A DNA stretch of 64,000 nt from Paraspadella gotoi. Its lineage: Eukaryota > Animalia > Chaetognatha. This document shows positions 53,355 to 64,000 of this stretch, one piece after another; the first letter of the stretch is position 1, and each line of letters begins with the position of its first letter. The DNA lies in the NCBI GenBank assembly GCA_051294375.1, contig CM119268.1, positions 7,464,632 through 7,528,631 on the forward strand, read 5' to 3'. The notes under the pieces were generated by a model that was not told where the DNA came from, made no database searches, and saw only the letters and a list, made by a program, of their open reading frames with translations. The position numbers and the translations under genes are program-made.

Positions 53355-54749
53355 GAGAAAGAAAGAAAGAGACAGAGATTATGATTTCTCTGCGTGTAAC
53401 GAAACCCAAGATTTCATCTTGTTACCAAAATCTCGACCCTTTTATCTTTTGTTTATCTTTTGGTCATAAAAAAGTAGGAATTCGCATAAAAGCTGCGCTT
53501 TTGCGCCAGAATTTCATGCGGGCGCACGCGCAGAACAGTTTTGTTATCTTCTTTCGTTTTATGACTTTTCTTATCTCTCGTCTTTTCCGTTCTTTTCTTA
53601 TTTGTGTTTTAGTTTCTACTTTCTTTTTTCTTTTTTTCTTTCTTGCCTTCTCTTTCTCTCTTTCTTTATTTCTTTATTTCTTTATTTCTTTATTTTTTTA
53701 TTTCTTTATTTATTTCTTTCTTTCTTTCTATCCTTTATCTTTATTTCTTTCTTTTCTGCTTTTTCCCTTTTTTCATGCTTTTCATTTTTTCGTTTCGCNN
53801 NNNNNNNNNNNNNNNNNNNNNNNNNNNNNNNNNNNNNNNNNNNNNNNNNNNNNNNNNNNNNNNNNNNNNNNNNNNNNNNNNNNNNNNNNNNNNNNNNNNN
53901 NNNNNNNNNNNNNNNNNNNNNNNNNNNNNNNNNNNNNNNNNNNNNNNNNNNNNNNNNNNNNNNNNNNNNNNNNNNNNNNNNNNNNNNNNNNNNNNNNNNN
54001 NNNNNNNNNNNNNNNNNNNNNNNNNNNNNNNNNNNNNNNNNNNNNNNNNNNNNNNNNNNNNNNNNNNNNNNNNNNNNNNNNNNNNNNNNNNNNNNNNNNN
54101 NNNNNNNNNNNNNNNNNNNNNNNNNNNNNNNNNNNNNNNNNNNNNNNNNNNNNNNNNNNNNNNNNNNNNNNNNNNNNNNNNNNNNNNNNNNNNNNNNNNN
54201 NNNNNNNNNNNNNNNNNNNNNNNNNNNNNNNNNNNNNNNNNNNNNNNNNNNNNNNNNNNNNNNNNNNNTCATTCCAATTTCTAAAAGCAGTAACTCTTCT
54301 CCACCCCATAAACGCGGGAGAAAACGTGAAGTTGATTTTGAAATACGCGAGCGATAATTTTGGGAAATGGGCGCCGCGTTTTTCGAAGCGGCGCGGTTTT
54401 AGGAGCGGCGCTATCGGATTAGTGGCGTCAATTCCTCGTCGCCGCTGAGCATAAAACGTTTACGGAATTTTTTTTAATGTTTTTTTTTTTTTATTGAGGT
54501 CTTTGTTAAATATTTGCTCCGAGCCTAACCACTAAGAAGGTTTTTATTATAATCTTTATACTAATCCAATTACCGATCAAGTTGCAACTCAAAACTGACA
54601 ACTGACGCTAATTTATTCAACCGAATTTCTCAAATCCTCATGTCGGTCCGTTTTCAATTCTCAGAAGTTTTTTGCCTCAGAAAAAGTCTGCTCGCTTCAA
54701 ACTTCCTCTTCCTCTTCCTCATTCTCGCAGCCAATTCACGTTGATCTTG

Positions 54750-54763
54750 GTTTCCATGGCGAC
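54750..54763. promoter_or_regulatory. RFX X-box-like element upstream of the thioredoxin gene
   Basis: GTTTCCATGGCGAC fits the RYYNYY-N2-RRNRAC consensus and lies ~385 bp upstream of the ATG of an NME8/9-type gene. Confidence 0.55.
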
Positions 54764-55146
54764 GGAACTGAAGTCCGACAAAAACAGATAACAACAAAGA
54801 ACAGCCCGAAATTGATTTCGCCAAATGACAAGCAAATATACTTGATTGTACAAGCAAATTAAGATTTCTCGATCAGCTGAAAAATCAAATTTTAATTAGT
54901 CTATTTAAGTAACCAGGTCATTCAGATCTCAGAGACAGAAATCAAAAAGATTATTCTAACATTTATTTTTCTTCAAAAGTAATTTAAAGCACGTCAAAAC
55001 CAAATGTTTGAAGTTAACTTTCTTTCACCTTTAGCTATGTTTGTTGTGGCATTCTCTCAATTTAAAAAATAATGACAATCGTGGTAAAGATTTAGACAAC
55101 AAAACAACCGCCCTTCGAGACTCGAACTCTCGACTCTACTCCCACG

Positions 55147-55525
55147 ATGTCTTCGCGTCCGTCCACGTCCGAAACGGAGAAGCCCTCGTCGGCCAAGTCG
55201 GCGTCGGGAGGGGCGCCGCCGTCGGCCGCCGAGTTGGCAAAGATCGCCGCCTTGAAACTCCACGAGATGGAGGTGTCGACATCGGGAGAGTGGGATAACC
55301 TGTTGGGGCGAAAGGGCCTCTTCGTTGTGGACGTATATCAGGTGATAATTCGATTGTCTTCAGGGGGAGGGCGATCTTACGTACTGGCGGCCTTCATTGG
55401 ATGACCTTACTTTACCCAGATCCATCGTGGCTGGGAAAATCCGAGATCCAGCATACAATACCACATCTGTGGCACAAGTAGTATACTCGTCAATGACTGC
55501 CTTCCGCAAGTCTTAAGGATTGACG

Positions 55526-55589
<64 letters not shown>

Positions 55590-58500
55590 ATCTCTCACTT
55601 TCTGACGTTTATTAAAACGTCATTTCCATTAAGTCATTTCATTCTATTATAGTAGAAATCGAAAATTATTTTCTTTAACTGAGTAACGCGGGGAAATACC
55701 CCTCGTACGCTGGTAAATGACGTTTCTTCCCGGTTGTGACGCACGTAACGCGTAGCGTCTGATTAATTTCGGAGTGATTAACTCGAAATGAATACAAATA
55801 TCAGGAATGAGATTCGAAACCGCGACGTCAACCGACGTCACGACGATAAATAATTAATTAATTAATTAATTAATGCGATCGATATTTTTTTTTTCCGGGG
55901 GCGGCAACAAAGATCGGATTCGGTCTCCACGGATCCAGTTTTCCAAAACTTGAATTCGTTGCCAATTTCATTTTTAATCTCGTCTTTTAAATTCCCTTCA
56001 AAACTGGATTTTTTTTCTTTTTTTTTCTGAGGGTAGTTGAACGAGTTTTTTTTTTTCCTTTTGTTTTTTTTAAGTTCATGTCGTTATCATGTATGGTTTC
56101 GATCGACTGATTTTTTGAAGAGATTTCGTCGTCGTCGTAGTCGTTGACACGTTGTGTTTGTTATTTTTAGTTTTTTGTTGTTATTGTTGTTGTTTGAATT
56201 TGTACCTCGCGACGAATCACTCCCTATAAACTTTCGCTACTTACATTGAATTCGAGCAAGTTTAAGTTGTAGTTGTTGCCGTGTTACCGCGTAGTTATAA
56301 TTGCAGAAAAACTGTGCATTCTTTAATGACCTCAAAACTAAGCAAATTTTTTAAAATAACGAACCCAATGTCTTCGCTCTTCTCACTGTACGATTTGCCT
56401 TTTCCACCCCTGTCACACTCCGCCCCCTCAAGAGCTGCTGGGGACCCTGCAAGGCGATGTACGGCGTCTTTCTCAAGACGAAGAATCTGATGACCGACCC
56501 GGATCTCTTCTTCGCTCTCGCTAAATCCGACAACGTCGATGCCCTCGTCGACTACAGGACAGGAAGTCGACCCACCTTCCTCTTCATAGCTTCCGGGTCG
56601 CTCGTCGCCGTCGTTAGGGGCGTCGACGCCCCGCTGCTCGTCCAGTGAGAAGGGTCGTCGGAGTTGTAGTTGTCGAGTTTCCTGTCACACGAGCGCATAG
56701 TTGTTTTTTTTTCATGAACTCTCAAAGATATGAAAAACAAGTACAATACGACAACTATTGAAAGGGAAACAATTGACTATTTCTAGCGAGGAGACGAGTT
56801 CGGCTCGAGGAATTATATACAGATTTTCGTCCGATTTCCGTTAAAAAAATAGTTTCATCAAAAGTATATAGTCAAGCCCACTACGAAGTGTGGCAATATG
56901 GGCATATTTGGAAAGCGTAGGGTCTTGGGAAGACAACTGGGGGGGAGCGCAGAGCAATCTTTTGACATTTTATATATTTAAAAGTGCAATTAGAGGAGAC
57001 TGGTTTGTGGCTTTTTTTTAATGTCTTTCTTTTCCCTACTGTTGTATCTCTTAATTAAAACAAAAGGTAAATATGGCTGCAGATAATGATAGACCACTGT
57101 CTTGCGCTTCAATTCGATATAATGACATCCGTAAATTCTTGCAAGCTTGCTTGCTTATTTAAGCAATCAAATAAACTAGTTTTTCAGTCGTATTTTATAC
57201 CCTCGTGCCCTATGAGATAGAGATTTCGAGTTTATCAGCAGTTAGATAGGTGTTTGAGCTTTCTTTTTAGGGGGAGCGCGGAAAAAAATTTAAACAATTA
57301 ATATTAATCAAAGAGTAAATCCAAATCATGATTTTTTCCTCATTAAATCGCTTAAGATTCTTTGTTTATTGCTCGTCGGCGCCGTATTGAATTTGCCTGG
57401 CGTATTAGTTTCTTTGTTGCGCGTGCACGGCTCGGGAGCCTCATGTCATGGCTGTGGCTCGCGATCTTGTTTGAGCGAATCGCTTCGGATGGCCACTGGC
57501 GACAATGAACGGGTCATTTCTCTCTGGGTTTTCTTCGTAATGGCTTCTGGGATGGGAATTAAACAAATAGTTCAAATTATTAGCATTTTCAGCGGCTCAC
57601 GATCGTATTACAAAGGAGAAACGCAAATCTCCTTTTCAACTGGGACCGTTGTTTCTTCCCCTCGCATTTAACGGCATCTCTACTAAATAAAATAAATAAT
57701 TTGATAAATTAAAGTTAAGAAAGAATAAATTAAGATTAAATGTAAGTTAAGATGAAGGATTAGTTAGGTTTAAGTGTAAGTTGGGTTAAGGGAAAATTAG
57801 GGTTAGGAATAAATTAAGGGCAAATTAGGGTTAGGAATAAATTAAGGTTATTGTGAAAGATATTTCGCATTCAACTTGAAATTGGCCAATAAATTATTAT
57901 TATTATTGTTTCGTGTTGATCATTTCAGCATTTGTGCTTTCGTAATAAGAAATAAGAAGTTCGTCCTCAAAAACTTCGGATTGTTTATCAATCGGATGAC
58001 GAATCGAGCGTTTTATAAACGTCGTCTTCCAGCTCGAGCAATGAAAGAATCCGTCGTCTACTCGCCGAGAAAAAAACGTTAAAATTTGAACTGGAGAAAG
58101 TTAAAGACGACAACAAGAAGCTTCAAAAAGATCTGGCCGAAGAAAAACCAGCAACGCGAAAAGGAACGCATTTTTTATGAGAAATACACAATGATACCGG
58201 TAATGACGTTCATCCCCAACTCCCTTCTTTTGATCCCACCCCATCTCCAACACATGACGAAATCCCCCGTCATTCCACCCCCCTAAAGATCAGCGAAAAC
58301 GCTAAATATGTATTAATTATATCATTCGTCAAATAATTCATTCTACAAATGAAAAAGACATTGAATTCTACAATGTATGGAGTTATCACTTATACTCACA
58401 TTATAAAAAATATACAATTTGAACTATTCAGTCATTTTGGTCAAGATTCAGTTATTTGCAGTATATTCATGATTTCTGAATTTATACTAAAATTTGTAAT

Positions 58501-61326
58501 TCTTAGGAAAGTTTAAATAATGATATTAATTTAATTTTGTTAAATTTTATTTGCTTCATTTTATTAAGGTACCCTTTTAAACTCTTCATAACTCAGAGGA
58601 ATTAATTTTAGAAGGACGAACTGGCTGGTCCTAACATTTAATTTTATTTTGTCCAAAAAATTGAAGAACTCGTAGAAAGAGGAAGCCTGGAAGGTCAAGC
58701 AAATAATTGTCAATAGTTTTTTTTTTGTAGGGCCAACCAAGCAGAGCTTCGTCAAACATTTTTCTCCTTCAAACCAGGTGGCTCTGTCAAACCAAGTGAC
58801 TCAGGCGTAGCGCTGGTTGGAGACTTTGGAGGCCACAAGAGTTCTTCTGTCATCATTAAAAGTAATTAAATCCATTAAATGATTAACAATTTAACAGTCG
58901 TATCCAATGTTTAGTAATGTTAAGTCGCTACATATTTGCAATAAAGAGTTTGACGAGGGAGGACCCTCTTGTTGGAATGTGAATGAAACTGGTTTCTTTA
59001 TTTATTTTAATCTGATTTAGGTTGAAAATGGTTGACACTTATCCCTACAGATATTCTATGCTAAATTTCGATTTTTTTGTACGAATCAATTTTTGTACGT
59101 TCTATAACTTTTGAACGCTTTGCTCGATTTTATTAGGACTTGGACCAATTGCTTTATCTTTTACCAAACTTTGTTTTATGTTTCTATATCTTCTTAGAAT
59201 TCAGCATCCAATACGGGTTTTTTTTTATGTGAAAAAGTGGCTATGTTGCGCCGCAGTGTACAATGGATATAAAACTAAATACTGCCATTTTATGATACAT
59301 TGGTTTAATTTCAAGTTTAAAAAGTGATTTTGTTTTTACTTTTCATTACTTTCAGAATCAATCGGCAGTCCTGTTGGGTCAATGTAATCATCGTGGTTGC
59401 AGTCGTCAAGCACAGATTGCTTTTTTATAAAATATTATTTTAATAAATATTTTTTTCTTGACTTCAAACAATGAAAACGGGCAAGGGGGGATAGAAGTAT
59501 TAATCACTGATTTTTTGCTCTCTGTCTCTGTCTCTGTCTCTCTCTCTACTTTTATCAATCCTGAAAATTGGATCATAATACCTGAAATACCGTGTGTTAT
59601 CTTTTATTAGATAATTATTATTGTTGAAAAATGTAACATTTATGTTTAATAAACTTAATACAACTCAATTCTTTTTTACTTTAAATAAAACGAGTGCATT
59701 TGTACGAGTACATTCATAGGAATCTGCTTACCATGTCAATTGTCCAGAGTAAGTTATCATTTATTAGTCGATAAAAAGATAGTATGGTAGTCAGCGGATT
59801 AGTTCAAATTGTTTGAAATGTATTTTTAGCAAAAAATGATATTTGTACAAAATATCTTTGAACGCGCCCAGATATGTTTGTGATTTGTTCATGCGGTGAC
59901 TCATTGACATTAGGGCTGCTGTAAATCAATAATTTTTTAAAAAATTATATTCGTCTTGTTAGGGCTATCTTGGAACCGCATATACTGTACCTGAAATCGC
60001 TCACGGACATGGCAAGTTCTTCAAACACAGCTGTGTTGGAACCCTTGTAACAAGGAACTAAGCCTTTGGTTTAATTTTATTTATTTTAATTAATTACTTG
60101 GAAAGTAATTCACAAGAGAATATAAATTGTATCTTTAATTTTATTATTATTTACAAGATTTAGCATTTTTCCTTAAAGATATATAATAAATATTAAGTAA
60201 TAAAACTGATAAATGAATAATAATAAAGTTTTAGATGTTTAAAGAAATTCGCCGATCCACGGCCAGTCGTTTTGGCAAAGATATCGATATGAATTCTCTC
60301 TCTCTCTCCAGTTTTATTATCTTCTCTCTCGTATAAACTGAGGTAATTGATTACTTTATTGCCAATATTTTCTGTAAAATATACTCTTGAACATCGCGAA
60401 TTTGTCCGTTTTCTTTCTTAAAATAAAACTTCCTATTTCTATTCATAGAAAGTTATTTAAAAAAATATTCATGAGCTTTTCCCGATTCGTCGACCTTCGA
60501 ATTTCTAAACTCGATTTCTTTATTGAATCTTGGCCCGGAATCGAGCATTCTACTCGTACCGTGCTCGTAGTACAAATCCTTATGGAACCAAAAGCGAAAT
60601 CCTTAACATAGGGCGACTTGATTACGCGAGGAAGCGATTTTTGGGTGACGTTTTGGGCCATAACTTTTGAATGCCTGGACCGATTTTGCTGATTTTTTGC
60701 ATGAAGCGCTCGAAAAGAATTCCCTATCGTTCGTACCGACCAAAATTAGTAACGACAAAATTTGAAATAAAACTCTTGTGTTCTCGCTACTATTTCCTAT
60801 TTCCATAGTTTTTTTTCTCGGTATTCTTTCTTTCCTTCTTCTTTTCTTGTGACAATTAGTTAACCAAATGTTATTTTTCATATTCCCCTTCCAACCCCGA
60901 CGCCTTTCTGAGGCCTTTCTATCCTTCCACCTTTACTGTCTCCCTCCTCTCTCCCTTCTCCAATCTTTCTTCTCCCCCCCCCACACCTTTCACTTCTTCC
61001 CCTCCGCCCCCCCTCTCACACACAGAACTCTCCACACGGAGCTCCAGCGAGAGAAGCGAGTGATGAGCGGGCAGGAGGAGCGGCGAGTCTTCGTCGACCC
61101 CGTCATCGTCGCCAGGATAGAAGAGGAGGAAAGAAGGAGAAAGGAGGAAGAGGAGGCGGCGAGGAAGGAGCTGGAGGAAGGAGAAGAAGGGGAGGGAGAC
61201 GATGAAGAGAGGGAGGACAACGAGGGAGAGAGAGAGGTCGAGGGGGAGAAGGCGAAAGAAGTTACGGACGTCGTCGGTGACTGCGTCGGCGACGATGAGA
61301 AGAACGACGATTCGACAAACAAATGA
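55147..61326 (+). CDS. Thioredoxin-domain protein related to the N-terminus of NME8/NME9 (TXNDC3/6), no NDK domain, 3 exons, ~235 aa
   Basis: Exons 55147-55341, 56433-56644 and 61026-61326 are in phase. The sequence EWDNLLGRKGLFVVDVYQ|SCWGPCKAM...FALAKSDNVDAL...PTFLFIASGSLVAVVRGVDAPLLVQ|TLHTELQREKRV follows the TRX_NDPK subfamily pattern. It ends in an acidic, E-rich tail. Confidence 0.85.
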
Positions 61327-62040
61327 ACACTTGAATCGTTCGCGTGACTTTTATTTTCTTTTCCTTTTTTTATGTTTGTCTTTTCTTCGACCTTGATTAA
61401 TTTAACTGACTCAAACGACCGTTAAAATAATAAAAAACCGAAGACGTAACATAATAAAAACGCGTTTATTGTACCGTAAATCTCAGCAAATAAACCGGTT
61501 ATATAAAAACCAAAAAAAAAGAAATGTTAACAAATGTGTACACTTTACATACTTCGAGTCGAAATTTCGATTGATTACAATATCATCGTTAAATGGAGGA
61601 CACCAGTGGAAGCGTATTGTACAACGGCGTGGGTCCCGATAATGCAAATTTTTTTATGGTTAATTCTAATTTAATTCATGGCATGCGCAAACGATATTAT
61701 ATCAATGATAGCTTTTTACATGAGTCAATAGACTCAATACAAAGACATTACAATACGATCAGAGAGGAAGACATAAGTCGCGGCTCTGCTCTTTTTTTGT
61801 TCAGGTTTTTTTTTTTTAATTCGTCTACGATCATCCACTCTCCTTCATCGGTATTTAATATTGTTTTTTATTTAGTTTATTTATTTTTATTAACTACATT
61901 ACCGGCTAATCTGCCTCGTCGCTATTAGCCATTATCACAATATTGACACATATGCTGTATTTTTTCCCCTACCTTTACGAGAACTGAAATCAATTGTTTT
62001 TAAATTTCTCGCCAAATTATATGGATAAAAAGGTCTTTAA

Positions 62041-62092
<52 letters not shown>

Positions 62093-62119
62093 TTAATAAT
62101 AATAATAAAAATAATAATA
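62041..62119. repeat. (AAT)n microsatellite in the bZIP 3' region
   Basis: Direct observation. Confidence 0.9.
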
Positions 62120-62178
62120 AACAACCTTTACACCTCCGATTCCACCTCCCCCCCAAACCCCACCCCCTTATCCTCCTT

Positions 62179-64000
62179 TCATTTCATAAAGAAAGACTTG
62201 AAGGATTCCTTCACGTTATCGATCCCGTGCTGCGTCAGCACCTCCCCGCTGCTCCGCCGACTCCGCGCCGTCGTACAGTTGCATGTGAGATCGTGCTCCA
62301 GCACGATTTGCTGGAGTTTTCGCTTCTCCGCCTCGAGATTCTTCACCAGATTGAGCTTCTCCTCGTATTCCTTCTCCAGCCTGTCGCAGCGGGCCTCCAG
62401 CGAGACCTGATGCGCCTGCTTCCGCTGTCGGCAGCGGTTGGCGGCGATGCGGTTCTTCTCGCGTCGATTCTTCAGCTCCGAGTCGTCGATCTCGGATTCG
62501 GACTTGGAGTGTTGACGCTTTAGAGGCCTTTGGGGAGGGGGGGGGTGAAGAGTGGCAGGAATGGGTGGATGGAGGAAGTAAAATGGTTACTGCTTAGTAG
62601 TAGTAAAACTTCGTTGACAAGAGTTTTCAGTATCCGTCAATCACTCTTTGTTAATCGGTTTTTATCGACGCAGTATAGGTTTTTGGTCGCTGTACGGCTT
62701 ATATATCGCGAGTACTCGCGGAGCAACTTTATAAGTCACTTTTCGGTCGGTCTGTCGGTCGGTCTGTCCCACTTACGTGAAAAACGCTTGAAATTTGCAT
62801 ATATTTGTTTGTTCATTTGTTAAGTCAGGAAAAAACATCAAATCTAAGTGACTGCTAGCGCCGCCTTCAGGAAATCCTAAAAGTATAAAAAACAAAAGAC
62901 GGAATTCCGATGCAGTGCTTGTCATGAATACACAGGCTAAAAAAGTTATTGTCGTTATTTAGACATGTCATGTCACATAATGTCATGTCACGTGTTAAGG
63001 CAGTCACTGCGGCGCATTTGAATTACCGTTCTTGTTATATTTAATATTTTTTTTTAATTCTCTAAATTAATTTTTATTAAATTAAATACAAAACTAAGAA
63101 AGAATTTTAATAATTTTTACATAACAATTTTTAAAAATTATTTTTAAATTTTTTTTTTTTTTTTACCTGGACCTCTTCTCGTCTGAGATGGAAACCGAAG
63201 TCGCCGAACTGAGATTAGTCGAAGGAGTTGAGACGGTCTTGTCTCTCGACGAAGAAGTTGAGGAGAATGTTAGGTAGGAGGAGGAGGAAGAGGAGGAGGA
63301 GGAGGGCGAGAAGATGGAGAGCGATGGAGTCAGAGGTGTAGTGGGAGATCTGGCCGCCAGCTTTTCCCTAAACCGATTAAAAAAATCGATCAAAATGACA
63401 ACCAATCAACAATAAATTGCTCGATCGATCAGTTTGATCAATCAATCAATTACAAAATCCAGAATCAATTCCATCAATATACCTCAACGCCTGTTTGACG
63501 GTCGGCGAAACCGGACTATTAATTTTGCGCGCTTCTTTCATTTTCTCGGCGACGCCGGTTACGTTTCCCTTCGGCCACGCCCCTTTCGGAAGCAGCTCGT
63601 CGAAGCCGACGTCGACGCGATCGACGCGAAGCGTGCCCGGTCGGCGCGGCCGCAAGTCTGGCAGGCTCGAGGGACCTCTGACGGTCTTTTCCAACGTCAC
63701 GGACGGCGCCGCTACTAAGCCCGAGGACGAAGTCGCCTCGAAAGAGGTCTGCGAATCGTCCGATTGGCTCTGCGATTCCAGGGAGAAAAAGGTGAAGTCG
63801 GAAGAGGTCGTCGACGAAGGCAGAGAGTCCAGAATTCTGTCGGGTGGGTCGAAGGTCGTCGCTGCGACGGCGGTCGAGTCAGCGACGGCTACCGAGGCGA
63901 TGTTGACGGAAGGATCGGCGGCGGGAAGAAGCCAACCTCCGTCGGCGAAGGAGGAATAAGCGCCGGGCGTCGACAGAGCCGGCGAGTCGAAGGATGATGT
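62179..64000 (-). CDS. bZIP transcription factor, Fos/ATF3-like, 5' end outside the window
   Basis: Exons >64000-63483, 63367-63167 and 62527-62179 are in phase. The last exon reads ELKNRREKNRIAANRCRQRKQAHQVSLEARCDRLEKEYEEKLNLVKNLEAEKRKLQQIVLEHDLTC, with the N-x7-R basic region, a leucine zipper and the Fos/ATF3-type HxxxC terminus. Confidence 0.88.
62678..63040. mobile_element. Possible Helentron-associated/DINE-like non-autonomous element in a bZIP intron
   Basis: T-run start, short palindrome cgcgagtactcgcg followed by a (GTCG/GTCT)n microsatellite, a layout typical of HINE/DINE elements. Ends not rigorously defined. Confidence 0.35.

Overview
Eukaryotic genomic DNA from an invertebrate animal (species not identifiable from the sequence). 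Introns are AT-rich, exons mostly GC/CpG-rich, (AG)n microsatellites are abundant, and there are N-gaps plus one noisy stretch at about 49-53 kb. By manual splicing I reconstruct seven spliced genes. (1) A secreted fibrinogen-related-domain protein (+, 726-5117). (2) An 11-exon testis-specific serine kinase (TSSK)-like gene (-, 16996-34609). (3) Nested antisense in the 13.5 kb intron 4 of that kinase, a 12-exon, ~3055-aa kinase-less ROCO protein (+, 21206-32884). Its apparent architecture is VHL beta-domain, Cys-type LRRs, possible degenerate Roc/COR, two MBT repeats, BC-box-like motif, LRR with an EF-hand-like insert, Roc, COR, pseudo-TIR, TIR with catalytic Glu, and a CaaX box. (4) A coiled-coil protein (-). 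(5) An adenosine-receptor-like GPCR (+) with a 1-nt frameshift in the assembly. (6) An NME8/NME9-type thioredoxin-only protein with a swapped CWGPC active site (+). (7) The 3' part of a Fos/ATF3-like bZIP gene (-). Mobile DNA includes a hAT MITE with an 8-bp TSD, a TTAA-TSD MITE, a Penelope-like fragment with a hammerhead motif, a tRNA-derived SINE-like repeat and a 3.4 kb foldback. Two RFX X-boxes lie upstream of likely cilia/sperm genes. The nested ROCO-TIR gene is the most interesting object. All domain calls come from motif recognition by eye, with no database search.
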